From an uncultured Acidobacteriota bacterium (GTDB taxonomy: Bacteria; Acidobacteriota; Thermoanaerobaculia; UBA5066; Gp7-AA6): a DNA stretch of 64,000 nt. Position numbers and translations under genes: made by a program. The notes below the pieces were generated by a model. The model was not told the origin of the DNA. It worked only from the letters and a program-made list of their open reading frames with translations, and made no database searches. Location of the stretch: assembly GCA_963797495.1 (NCBI GenBank), contig CAWCPN010000002.1:532096-596095 (forward strand). Direction: 5' to 3'. Positions 41,855 to 51,009 of the stretch are shown here, piece after piece. Position 1 is the stretch's first letter. Each line of letters starts with the position of its first letter.

Positions 41855-44178
41855 CGCGGCTGCCGATCGACTTCTTCGAAATAGTCCTCGGCCACGAGCA
41901 CTTCCCGGGGCTTGGATCCCCGCGGCGGGCCGAGCAGGCCGTCGCGCGACATCATGTCGATGAGCTTGCCGGCGCGCGAGAAACCGACGCCCATCCGCCG
42001 CTGGAGGAACGAGATCGAGGCCATCTTCTCGCGCACGACCAGGCGGGCCGCGTCGTCGTAGAGGGGATCGGTCTCGTCGCCGGCGTCGTCGCGCTGGACG
42101 GCCTCCGTGCGCTCCTTCGTGATCTCCTCGTCGAACTGGGGCTTGGCCTGTTTCTTGAGAAAGCGCATGAGGGCGGCTGTCTCCTGGACCGAGACGAACG
42201 CCCCGTGGACGCGCTTCAGGCGGGAGGTTCCCGGCGGCAGGTACAGCATGTCGCCCCGCCCGAGCAGTCGCTCGGCGCCGTTGCCGTCGAGAATCACGCG
42301 GGAATCGATCTTCGAAGACACCTTGAAGGCGATGCGCGACGGGAGGTTCGCCTTGATCACGCCCGTCAGCACGTCGACCGACGGCCGCTGCGTCGCGACG
42401 ACGAGGTGGATCCCGACCGCACGCGCCTTCTGGGCGATTCGCACGATCGCCTCCTCGACGTCCTTGGCCGCCGTCATCATCAGGTCGGCGAGCTCGTCGA
42501 TCACGATCACGATCAGGGGCATCGGCTCGAGCTTCAGGTCCGGGTCGTCCGGGTGCTGCGCGCGCACGCGCGCCACGGCCTCGGGATCCTGGATCGCGGC
42601 GTTGTACTGCTCGGCGTTGCGGACCTGGCCGAAGTCCGAGAGCGTCTGAAACCGCTCCTCCATCGTGGCGACCGCCCACTTGAGCGCGTTCGACGCCTTC
42701 TTCGGGTCGGTGATGATGGGCGTCGCCAGGTGGGGGAGGTTCTCGTAGATCTCGAGCTCCACCATCTTGGGATCGATGAGGATCAGTTTCACCTGGTCCG
42801 GCCGCGCCTTGTACAGAATGGAAGTGATCAGCGCGTTGATGCCGACGCTCTTTCCCGAGCCCGTGGTGCCGGCAATCAGCAGGTGGGGCATCGCGCGCAG
42901 GTCGTCGACGACCGGTTCGCCGTGGATGTCCTTGCCGAGCGCCAGCGTCAGCAGCGACCGGGAGCTCCGGAAGCGTTCCGACTCCACCACGTCGCGGATC
43001 GCGATGATCTCCCCGCCCCCCGGGTTGGGGACCTCGATGCCCACGCTCGCCCGCCCCGGCAGGCGCTCCACGCGGATCGACTCGGCCGAGAGGGCGAGGG
43101 CGAGGTCCTCCGAGAGCCCCATGACCTGGTTGACCTTGATGCCGGCGGCCGGGCGGAACTCGTACGTCGTGACGACCGGGCCGGGGTGGTACTCGGCCAC
43201 CTCGCCCTCGACGTCGAACTCCGCGCACTTGGCGGCGATTTGCCGGCCCGTGTCGGCGAGGGCCTTCCGGTCGATCGCGGCCAGGTGGTCGCGCTTCTCG
43301 AGCAGCGACACGGGCGGATACGTGTACCCCGCGACCGTCAGTGGCAGGCTCTGCTGCGGGTCGGGCTTGCGCTTCGGGGCGGCGGTCGTCCGGGGCCGAA
43401 CGGGCGCGGCGGTCGTCTTGCGGATCGAGAATTTGCCGGGACCGGGCAGCTCGCGAACGATCGGAGGCGCGTCTTCGGCGGCGAACGGGATCTCGTCGAG
43501 CGAGATCTCCCCCTTCCTGGCCTTCTCCAGGTGTCGCGTGACGACCGTCCGACGCAGGCGTTCCTTCGTCCGGCGATCCCGCCGGCGGGCCCAGCCCACG
43601 GTCATCCGCGAGAGCAGGCCGGCAAACCGAACGCGGAGTCTCAGGAACACGTCACCGAGCGAGACCTGGGTCGCCAAAGGGATCGCGAGGAGCACCAGCG
43701 TGGCTGCGACGAGAACGGCTCCGGTCGTCCCGATCCGCCCCCGGAAGGCATCCGCCAGCGCCCGGCCCACGATGCCGCCGGTCTCCGCCTCCTCGCCGTA
43801 CAGGCGCTGGCGGCCGAAGGCGAGGGAGATGAGCATCGGCAGGGAAAAGAGAAGGATGGCCGTCCCCGCCGCCTTGGAGGCCGGGTTCGGGAGCGGCCGC
43901 CCCCAGAACCGCCGCCAGCCGAGGACGAAGACGAGTCCGGTGACGCCCCAGGCGGCCAGGCCGAACAGGGCATAGAGGGCCGCGCCGAGCGAGGCGCCGA
44001 ATCCGCCGATCCAGTTGTTCGGAGCCGCCGCCTCTCCGCCCGCCGTCCACGAAAAAATATTCGGGTCCCGCGGATCGTAGGAAAGGAGCGCGAGCGCCGC
44101 GAGAACGCCCGCGAGCAGCAGCACTACCCCGATCGCCTCACCGGCGAGGCGGCTCTTCCAGAAGGATCCTTCGCTCAA
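41851..44178 (-). CDS. ftsK: DNA translocase FtsK
   Basis: N-terminal TM helices, a Pro-rich linker, an FtsK motor with Walker A GTTGSGKS and a C-terminal gamma domain. Confidence 0.9.
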   Translation of the reverse strand: MSEGSFWKSRLAGEAIGVVLLLAGVLAALALLSYDPRDPNIFSWTAGGEAAAPNNWIGGFGASLGAALYALFGLAAWGVTGLVFVLGWRRFWGRPLPNPASKAAGTAILLFSLPMLISLAFGRQRLYGEEAETGGIVGRALADAFRGRIGTTGAVLVAATLVLLAIPLATQVSLGDVFLRLRVRFAGLLSRMTVGWARRRDRRTKERLRRTVVTRHLEKARKGEISLDEIPFAAEDAPPIVRELPGPGKFSIRKTTAAPVRPRTTAAPKRKPDPQQSLPLTVAGYTYPPVSLLEKRDHLAAIDRKALADTGRQIAAKCAEFDVEGEVAEYHPGPVVTTYEFRPAAGIKVNQVMGLSEDLALALSAESIRVERLPGRASVGIEVPNPGGGEIIAIRDVVESERFRSSRSLLTLALGKDIHGEPVVDDLRAMPHLLIAGTTGSGKSVGINALITSILYKARPDQVKLILIDPKMVELEIYENLPHLATPIITDPKKASNALKWAVATMEERFQTLSDFGQVRNAEQYNAAIQDPEAVARVRAQHPDDPDLKLEPMPLIVIVIDELADLMMTAAKDVEEAIVRIAQKARAVGIHLVVATQRPSVDVLTGVIKANLPSRIAFKVSSKIDSRVILDGNGAERLLGRGDMLYLPPGTSRLKRVHGAFVSVQETAALMRFLKKQAKPQFDEEITKERTEAVQRDDAGDETDPLYDDAARLVVREKMASISFLQRRMGVGFSRAGKLIDMMSRDGLLGPPRGSKPREVLVAEDYFEEVDRQPR

Positions 44179-44273
44179 TCCGTCCCATTATGAGGGCGAA
44201 TCGGGCAAACGGCTAGGCCGGCGGGCCCGGACGGCCCGCGCCCGGACCCGCCAATTCGCTGTATAACAACGGC

Positions 44274-45131
44274 GTGCCGTCGGAGCGCAAGCGTGTCCTT
44301 TTTCTCTGCACCGGCAACGCCGCGCGCAGCCAGATGTCCGAGGCCCTGGCGCGGCTCGACTACGGTGATCTCCTCGATCCGGTGTCGGCCGGCTCCCGTC
44401 CGGCGGGATTCGTGCACCCCCTGGCGGTGCGGGTGATCGAGGAGCTCGGGGTGCACATGGACGACGCCCGCTCGAAATCCGCGGAGGAGTTCCGCGACGC
44501 GGCGCTCGACCTCGTCGTGACCGTCTGCGACTCGGCGGCGGCCGACTGCCCCAGCTGGCCCGGCGCGCACCACCTGGTCCACTGGTCGATCGAGGATCCG
44601 AGCTTCGTGCGCGGCAACGAGGCGACCCGCCTCGCGGCCTTTCGGGCCACGCGGGACGAGCTGCGCCGCCGGATCGATTCCCTCCTCGAAGCCCTGCGCC
44701 GCACTCACCCCCGTCGCAAGGACGTCGATCTCGTCGCCGACGGCTCGGCGCTGCTCGCCGACGTGATGCGGGCCCACGGCTTCCGGCCCGAGGCGGTCGG
44801 CGACGAAAAGGTCGGGGGGCGATCGGGGGCGAAAGCGCGATTCGCGCGGCGGGGTCGCGCCCTCGAGCTGCAGGTCCGCACGGGCGTCGTGATCGCCGCC
44901 TACGAGGCCGGGTCGCGGCGGCTCCTGCATCCCGACTACATGCAGCGGCTCGGCGTCGAATCGCTCATGCGCTATCCGGGCCTTTCGAAGGACCCCCTCG
45001 AGGCCTTCCGCCGTCTCCGCGCGGACCTGATACGTCTCGCCGCTCCGTTCCTGACGGGTGATGGTCTCCGGGAGTTCAAGCGCCTGGCCGAAGCCGCGGC
45101 GAAGGAGTCCGGGCCCGCCAAGTCCGCCTGA
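44274..45131 (+). CDS. Arsenate reductase (LMW-PTP/thioredoxin-coupled ArsC family) N-domain fused to a roughly 150-aa C-terminal extension of unknown function
   Basis: LFLCTGNAARSQMSEA P-loop and VCDSAAADCP redox cysteines within the first 135 aa. A further 150 aa follow in-frame with no recognisable motifs. Confidence 0.65.
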   Translation: MPSERKRVLFLCTGNAARSQMSEALARLDYGDLLDPVSAGSRPAGFVHPLAVRVIEELGVHMDDARSKSAEEFRDAALDLVVTVCDSAAADCPSWPGAHHLVHWSIEDPSFVRGNEATRLAAFRATRDELRRRIDSLLEALRRTHPRRKDVDLVADGSALLADVMRAHGFRPEAVGDEKVGGRSGAKARFARRGRALELQVRTGVVIAAYEAGSRRLLHPDYMQRLGVESLMRYPGLSKDPLEAFRRLRADLIRLAAPFLTGDGLREFKRLAEAAAKESGPAKSA

Positions 45132-45134
45132 TCC

Positions 45135-46166
45135 GTGGCACGGCGCATCTCGAATCCCCCGAACCCCTGGAGCACGGTCCACGCCGAATGGCTCGGCGAG
45201 CCGCCCGAGGCCGGGCTCGAGGTCTTCGAGGAAGACGCGAGGTCGATCATCACGGAGAACGAGAGCCCGGACATCGGCTTTCGCTTCAGCGTCAATCCAT
45301 ACCGCGGGTGCTTTCACGCCTGCGCCTACTGCTACGCGCGGCCCACGCACCAGTACCTCGGCTGGGGCGCGGGGACGGACTTCGACCGCAAGATCGTCGT
45401 CAAGGTCAACGCACCCGACCTGCTGCGCCGGGAGATGATGCGGCGCTCATGGACCGGGGACACGCTGGTCTTCTCGGGCGTGACGGATTGCTACCAGCCG
45501 CTCGAGGCCGTCTACGGGATCACACGCCGCTGCCTCGAGCTCTGCGCCGAGTTTCGCAACCCCGTCGGAATCGTCACGAAAGGCGCCCTCGTCCGCCGGG
45601 ACGCGGACGTGCTCGCGACGCTCGCCCGGGAGGCCGGCGCGATGGTCTACGTCAGCATTCCATTCGCAGACGATCGCACCGCCCGGCTCATGGAGCCCAA
45701 TGCGAGCCTGTGTTCGCTGCGGTTCGAGACCATCGCACGGCTCTCGGAGGCGGGGATCCGCACGGGTGTGGCCGTCGCTCCCGTGATTCCGGGTCTGAAC
45801 GACAGCGATCTGGCCGGCATCCTCGCCCGCGCCCGCGAGGCCGGAGCGACGAGCGCCTTCCTGACCCTCCTGCGCCTGCCGGCCGAGGTCCTGCCCGTGT
45901 TTCGCGAACGCCTCGCGCAGGCTTTTCCGGATCGCGCCGCCCGCGTCTGGTCGAACCTCCGGCAGGCGCGCGGGGGCCGGACCAACGAGTCGCGGTTCGG
46001 CGCGCGGATGGAGGGGGTCGGCCCGCGCTGGGCCGCCATCGAGAATCTCTTCGAGATCGAGTGCCGGCGGCTGGGACTCAACCGGGGCTCCGGCGAAGCG
46101 CGTGCCCGGTCCAGTCGCTTCCGGCGCCCGGGGCCGGCCCAGCCCGGTCTCTTCGACGCGACCTGA
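45135..46166 (+). CDS. Radical SAM protein of the SPL/DNA-repair-photolyase family (COG1533-like)
   Basis: PYRGCFHACAYCYAR (CxxxCxxC) near the N-terminus and a C-terminal domain typical of SplB-like proteins. Confidence 0.7.
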   Translation: MARRISNPPNPWSTVHAEWLGEPPEAGLEVFEEDARSIITENESPDIGFRFSVNPYRGCFHACAYCYARPTHQYLGWGAGTDFDRKIVVKVNAPDLLRREMMRRSWTGDTLVFSGVTDCYQPLEAVYGITRRCLELCAEFRNPVGIVTKGALVRRDADVLATLAREAGAMVYVSIPFADDRTARLMEPNASLCSLRFETIARLSEAGIRTGVAVAPVIPGLNDSDLAGILARAREAGATSAFLTLLRLPAEVLPVFRERLAQAFPDRAARVWSNLRQARGGRTNESRFGARMEGVGPRWAAIENLFEIECRRLGLNRGSGEARARSSRFRRPGPAQPGLFDAT

Positions 46167-46190
46167 ACTCTGTGACACAAAGTACTTGAC

Positions 46191-46796
46191 ATGGGTCGAG
46201 AGCCGCCGGAAACTTCCGCCGTGCAGCGGCTCGAGAGACACGCGGCCGAAGACATCCGTTACATCCGCGAAGCCATGGAACGCGCCGGGTCCTTCACGGC
46301 GGTGCCGGGCCTCGGCGGCGTCGGAATGGGTGCCACGGCTCTCGTCGCCGCCGGAGTCTCGTCGGCCACGCGGACGCCCGCGGCCTGGCTCTGCGTCTGG
46401 CTCGCCGCGGCGTGCGTCGCGCTGGCGATCGGGAGCGTGGCGATGGCGCGCAAGGCCCGGCGCACCGGAACGGACCTCTTCGCCGGCGCGGCGAAGCGCT
46501 TCCTGCTGACGCTGACGGCGCCCTTGGCAGCCGGCGCGCTGCTCACGCTCGCTCTGGCCCGATCGGGACGCGTCGACCTGCTCCCCGGGGTCTGGCTCCT
46601 CCTCTACGGGACGGCCGTCGTCACGGGCGGAGCGACGTCCGTTCGCCCGGTGCTCGCGATGGGTACGCTGTTCATGGCGCTGGGCGCCGCGGCGTTCGCG
46701 TGCCCGTCAAACTGGGGCACGGCATTTCTCGCGGCCGGCTTCGGCGGCCTCCAGATCGCGTACGGACTCGTGATCGCGCGGAGGCACGGTGGCTAG
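46191..46796 (+). CDS. Hypothetical integral membrane protein
   Basis: At least 5 TM helices; no family recognised. Confidence 0.45.
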   Translation: MGREPPETSAVQRLERHAAEDIRYIREAMERAGSFTAVPGLGGVGMGATALVAAGVSSATRTPAAWLCVWLAAACVALAIGSVAMARKARRTGTDLFAGAAKRFLLTLTAPLAAGALLTLALARSGRVDLLPGVWLLLYGTAVVTGGATSVRPVLAMGTLFMALGAAAFACPSNWGTAFLAAGFGGLQIAYGLVIARRHGG

Positions 46797-47154
46797 GGCC
46801 AAGGCGCGGCCCCGGTCCACGGGCCTCGCGGAACCGGCGGCGAAGCCGGCGCGCGCCGCCCTGCCGGACCTCGACCGCGTCATCCACGAGCGGATGCGCC
46901 TGGCCATCGTCAGCGCCCTCGCCGCGAGTCCGTCCTTGTCGTTCAACGAGCTGAAGGGACTTCTGAAGACGACCGACGGAAACCTCTCGATCCACGCCCG
47001 CCGGCTCGAGGAGGCGGGCTACGTCGACTGCGCGAAGGGATACGCCGGCCGGGTGCCGCGCACGACTTTCCGGCTGACCGCGGCCGGACGGCGCGCCCTG
47101 GAGCGACATCTCGGCCATCTCGAGGCCCTCATCGCGTACGCGCGCACGCGCTGA
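46789..47154 (+). CDS. Winged-helix transcriptional regulator (HTH_34/MarR-like small regulator)
   Basis: MRLAIVSALAASPSLSFNELKGLLKTTDGNLSIHARRLEEAGYV matches a winged-HTH. It overlaps the preceding membrane-protein gene by 8 nt. Confidence 0.6.
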   Translation: MARAKARPRSTGLAEPAAKPARAALPDLDRVIHERMRLAIVSALAASPSLSFNELKGLLKTTDGNLSIHARRLEEAGYVDCAKGYAGRVPRTTFRLTAAGRRALERHLGHLEALIAYARTR

Positions 47155-47178
47155 TTTTTTTTGGAGGTTAGCTTTACA

Positions 47179-47856
47179 ATGCAAAGCCCTCTGTCGCCCA
47201 CCGCCGTCTTCATGCCCCCGCTCGCCCCGCTCGTCCTGCTCGCGTTCCTCGGCACCGGCTTCCTGCTCTTCGGACTCGCCCTGGCGGCCGCGCTCTCGGC
47301 GGCCTCCGGGCGCGGCCCCCTCGCGCGCGGCCTCGGGCTCGCCGGCCTGGGCGTCGGCGCGACCTACGCCGTGCTGCTCTTCGGCGCCGCGCTGGCGTCC
47401 CGCGACCGCACGCTGGCGGTCGGCGACCGGAAGTACTTCTGCGAAATGGATTGCCACATCGCCTATTCGGTCGCCTCCGCCGCGTCCCCCGCGCCCACGG
47501 TTCTGGCCGTCACGGTCCGGACCTGGTTCGATCCCTCGACGACGGCGGCCTTCCGCGGCAACGCCCCGCTGACGCCGAACCCGCGGACGGTCACTCTCGT
47601 GGACGCCTCCGGCCGACGGTTCGCGCCCTCCCCGGCGGCGACCCGCGACTGGGAGGCGCATCACGGTCCCTCGGCGCCGTTCGGCCGGCCGCTCGCTCCG
47701 GGGGAGGACGCGACTTCCACCTTCGTTTTCACGGTGCCGCCGGACCTGCGGGATCCGCGGCTCTTCGTCGGCGACCCGCCGGGCATCGACAGCCTCCTGA
47801 TCGGCCACGAAAACAGCCCGGGACACGGCCGGAGCTACTTTGCGCTGCCCGGATAG
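47179..47856 (+). CDS. Hypothetical membrane protein with periplasmic domain
   Basis: Two N-terminal TM helices then a soluble domain. The longer ORF begins at 47161. Confidence 0.4.
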   Translation: MQSPLSPTAVFMPPLAPLVLLAFLGTGFLLFGLALAAALSAASGRGPLARGLGLAGLGVGATYAVLLFGAALASRDRTLAVGDRKYFCEMDCHIAYSVASAASPAPTVLAVTVRTWFDPSTTAAFRGNAPLTPNPRTVTLVDASGRRFAPSPAATRDWEAHHGPSAPFGRPLAPGEDATSTFVFTVPPDLRDPRLFVGDPPGIDSLLIGHENSPGHGRSYFALPG

Positions 47857-48538
47857 TCTTGTGCGGTCCGTGACCGACCTCGACGCTCTGCGGAGACACT
47901 TTCGCGAGGCCCTCGCGGCCGATCCGCGCGGCGCCTATCGCGACTGGTTCCGGGCCCAGGAGGAGCTGCGCGAGGCCGGTGACGCGGAGCGTGCCCGCGC
48001 GCTCGCGGACGACCTCTGGGATCGCCTGCCCGCCCTCCCCTTCCCCGCGGAAGAGGAACGCGCCCGGTTCGTCCACAACGCGGCCGTTTTCTTCGGCAGC
48101 CCGGGGCCCGCCGCCGATCTCGAGCGGGCCCGGGTCCTGTTTCGCGCCGCGCTCGCGCACTTCGCCGCGGACGACGATTCCGGCTGGCGGGCCCGCGCCC
48201 TCCACAACTTCGCCACGGCTCTGGCGAACCTCGGCTCGACCGAGCCGGAGCTCGCCGAATCGGTCGAGCTCTTCGAAGGGGCCCTGCGCTGGAGGACGTC
48301 GGAGCGCGAGATCGCCCGCGGCGTAACCCTGCACAACCTCGGTCTCGCGCTGCGGCGACGCGCCGAGCTCGATCCGGGCCGGGCGCGCGCGCACCTCGAG
48401 GGCAGCGCCGCCGCGCTGTCGGAGGCTGTCGCCATCCGGGAGCGCAACGGCCTGGCCGAGGGACGCGCCCTGTCGCAGCGTCACCTGGCAATCACGCTCG
48501 GCCGCCTTTCCGGCGCCACACCCGCCGACTCGCGATAA
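47840..48538 (+). CDS. Hypothetical helical-repeat (TPR-like) protein
   Basis: ORF with repeated L..AL..F..AL helical-repeat pattern; no motif recognised. Confidence 0.35.
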   Translation: MRCPDSLVRSVTDLDALRRHFREALAADPRGAYRDWFRAQEELREAGDAERARALADDLWDRLPALPFPAEEERARFVHNAAVFFGSPGPAADLERARVLFRAALAHFAADDDSGWRARALHNFATALANLGSTEPELAESVELFEGALRWRTSEREIARGVTLHNLGLALRRRAELDPGRARAHLEGSAAALSEAVAIRERNGLAEGRALSQRHLAITLGRLSGATPADSR

Positions 48539-48547
48539 ATTTCGGGC

Positions 48548-48772
48548 GTGACCAAGCGCCGCTGGATCGAGTACCTGATCGCGGTCGTCGCCGGCAACGC
48601 GATCTACTTCACCGTCCTGCACCCCGGCCTTCCGCCCGCGCTCCAGAACCAGCCCAACCGCATGGACCTCGGTCTCGTGATCGACTTCGCCTGCTGCCTT
48701 CTCGTCTACGCGACCATCCGCCTCGGCGCCCGCCACGCGCGCCGCGGGACGGAGGGCCGGCCGCCCCGCTAG
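48548..48772 (+). CDS. Small membrane protein (2 TM)
   Basis: 74-aa ORF with two hydrophobic helices; GTG start. Confidence 0.3.
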   Translation: MTKRRWIEYLIAVVAGNAIYFTVLHPGLPPALQNQPNRMDLGLVIDFACCLLVYATIRLGARHARRGTEGRPPR

Positions 48773-48890
48773 CGTCGCAGAAATCCCGCCAGCGCCGCGC
48801 GGCTCCCGACGGGCACCCTGGCCCTCGTTCTTCCGGCGATCGTGCATTGTCCGGCGACGGGATGGGGATCGCGCCTTCCGCGACCGGACG

Positions 48891-49718
48891 CTAGCGGCCC
48901 AGAAAAGCGGGGAACAGGAAGATCAGGACGAGTCCGAAGACGAAACAGTAGACCGCGAAGGCGTGCACCCGCCGGGTCGAAACCATCCGGATGAGGAATC
49001 CGATCGTCAGGTAGCCGACGACTCCGGCCGTAGCGGCTCCGACGAGGTACCGGCCGAAGTCCGGGGTCGCGAAAAACGACGCGCCCTGGTGTCGCAGGGC
49101 CGACAGGATCTCCAGCCCCGCGGCGCCGGCGATGGCCGGGATCGCCACCAGAAACGTGAAGTCGGCCGCCCACCGGCCTGCGAACCCGAGCAGCAGCCCG
49201 AAGGCGATCGTCGATGCCGATCGGGAGAGCCCGGGCAGGACGGCGAGACCCTGGACCGCCCCGATGACGAGGGCGTCGAGGAACGACATGGTCTCGCGGT
49301 CCTTCCGGCCGTCCTTTCGCAGGTACGACGCCAGGAGGTAGAGCCCGCTCAAGATCTCCATCGCTCCCACGAACCGCGGGCTTCCCTTGGTCGCCTCGAC
49401 GTACGGTTTCATCAGGATTCCGACGATGCCGGTGGGCACCGTTGCGACCAGGAGAAGCATCGCCAGGCGCCACGCGCGGCGGCGCTCGCCGGCGTCGGCC
49501 GAGACGAGGCCGGCAATCTCGGACCGCAGGAGCGAGCGGTAGTAGAGGACGATCGCCGCGAGCGTGCCCGCGTGCACCATGACGTCGAAGAGCAGCCCCA
49601 CCTGCCCGAAGCCGGGCATCAGCATCTCCGCCGCCGAAAGGTGCCCGCTGGAGGAGACCGGAATGAACTCCGTCAGCCCCTGGATGACGCCGAGGAGAAC
49701 CGCCTCGAGCCAGCTCAC
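48891..49718 (-). CDS. uppP: Undecaprenyl-diphosphate phosphatase
   Basis: LGVIQGLTEFIPVSSSGH and SRSASTI motifs, 8 TM helices. The GTG start overlaps the upstream stop (GTGA). Confidence 0.9.
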   Translation of the reverse strand: MSWLEAVLLGVIQGLTEFIPVSSSGHLSAAEMLMPGFGQVGLLFDVMVHAGTLAAIVLYYRSLLRSEIAGLVSADAGERRRAWRLAMLLLVATVPTGIVGILMKPYVEATKGSPRFVGAMEILSGLYLLASYLRKDGRKDRETMSFLDALVIGAVQGLAVLPGLSRSASTIAFGLLLGFAGRWAADFTFLVAIPAIAGAAGLEILSALRHQGASFFATPDFGRYLVGAATAGVVGYLTIGFLIRMVSTRRVHAFAVYCFVFGLVLIFLFPAFLGR

Positions 49719-50995
49719 GGCGCGAGACTACCGTATCGCTCCGCCGCGGCGGCGAACCACGCCGCGTTGGCTCCGACGACGAACACCGCGGTCGCCGCGA
49801 CGAGTCCGCGGACCGCCTTCGGTGGAATCACCGTGAGGTCGGCGGCCGCGACCACGAGCCACGGCCACCACGCCCACGCATACCAGCCCCCCACGCCGCC
49901 CCAGACGCCGTACAGCCGGCGGTTCGCGATCGCGAAGGTCAGGAATCCGGCGAAGGCGGCCGCGGCCGCCGCGGCATGCGGAAGCGCGCGGCCGGTTTCG
50001 GGGCGCCGACGCGCCGCGGCGGCCCATGCCAGGATCAGCAGCCCGAATGCGGCGACCAGCGGCCATGGGGCACGGAAGAAGCTCCACCCTCCGAGCCAGA
50101 ACGTGGTCTTCACGAACGTGTATGCCGATCGGGCCAGGCCGATTGCGAATTCGCCCGGGCTCCCGCCGATCGGCGGCGTCGCGCGGTTCAACTCGACCGT
50201 CCCTCCCCAGGCCCAGCCCCGCAAGGCCTGGACCGCGAAGACCGCACACGCGGCGCCGGCACCCGCGATGGCGAGCCGGACGCGCCGCTCCCCCACCAGG
50301 ACGGCGACGGCCAGCACCACGACCGGGATCGCCGTCAGCTTGAGCAGCGGGCCCGCAGCCAGCAGAAGCAGGAGGACGGGTCCGCGGGACCGGCGCTCCA
50401 GAGCCGCGAGCACCAGCGCCGACCAGAGAAAAACGGCCGCGTCATTGGAACACCGGGCGAGCGACTCGGCGGCGCCCGGCAGCAGAAGGGCGAGGAGGGC
50501 GAGCGCCGCGAAGGCCGGCGGGCGGTCCGCGGCGAGCGCCCGGAGCGGCCCGAAGATCGCGATCCCCACGAGCAGGACGTTGGCGAGCCGAACGAGAAGG
50601 AGAAGCGTCTCCGGCCGGGGTGGGTCGGCGAGCCGGAACGGAACGCCCGCGAGCAGGTAGAAAAGCGGCGGCTGGTTGGCCTCCGGGTTTCCGACCGCCG
50701 AGCCCCGGATCGGGCGGACCGTGCCGCGGACGAGGTTGAAGGCTGCCTCCCGGTCCGGGAAGGGCCGGCAGCCGTACGCCGCCGCCATTGCGGGCCCGCA
50801 GGGATGCGCCCGAACCGCGGCCACGATCTCGGCCGGAACGAACGCGCCCGACAGCGCCGACGCGACTGGCCCGGATGCCCATGCGAGCACGCGGGCCAGG
50901 TGATGCGGCTCGTCCGGGCCCTCGAACGCCGGCAGGTAGACGGCGTGCAGGGCAAGCCGCAGGACGACCGCCGCGGCCACCAGGCTCAGCGCGGT
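49715..50995 (-). CDS. GT-C fold membrane glycosyltransferase of the ArnT/PMT (GT39/GT83-like) family; start not fixed
   Basis: Multi-TM protein with GPDEPHHLAR in the first periplasmic loop and NQPPLFYLL, analogous to the DE..Y/KPPL motifs of ArnT/PMT_2. It lies between rnj and uppP. Confidence 0.55.
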   Translation of the reverse strand, partial: TALSLVAAAVVLRLALHAVYLPAFEGPDEPHHLARVLAWASGPVASALSGAFVPAEIVAAVRAHPCGPAMAAAYGCRPFPDREAAFNLVRGTVRPIRGSAVGNPEANQPPLFYLLAGVPFRLADPPRPETLLLLVRLANVLLVGIAIFGPLRALAADRPPAFAALALLALLLPGAAESLARCSNDAAVFLWSALVLAALERRSRGPVLLLLLAAGPLLKLTAIPVVVLAVAVLVGERRVRLAIAGAGAACAVFAVQALRGWAWGGTVELNRATPPIGGSPGEFAIGLARSAYTFVKTTFWLGGWSFFRAPWPLVAAFGLLILAWAAAARRRPETGRALPHAAAAAAAFAGFLTFAIANRRLYGVWGGVGGWYAWAWWPWLVVAAADLTVIPPKAVRGLVAATAVFVVGANAAWFAAAAERYGSLAP

Positions 50996-51009
50996 GCGGA
51001 CGGAACGGC

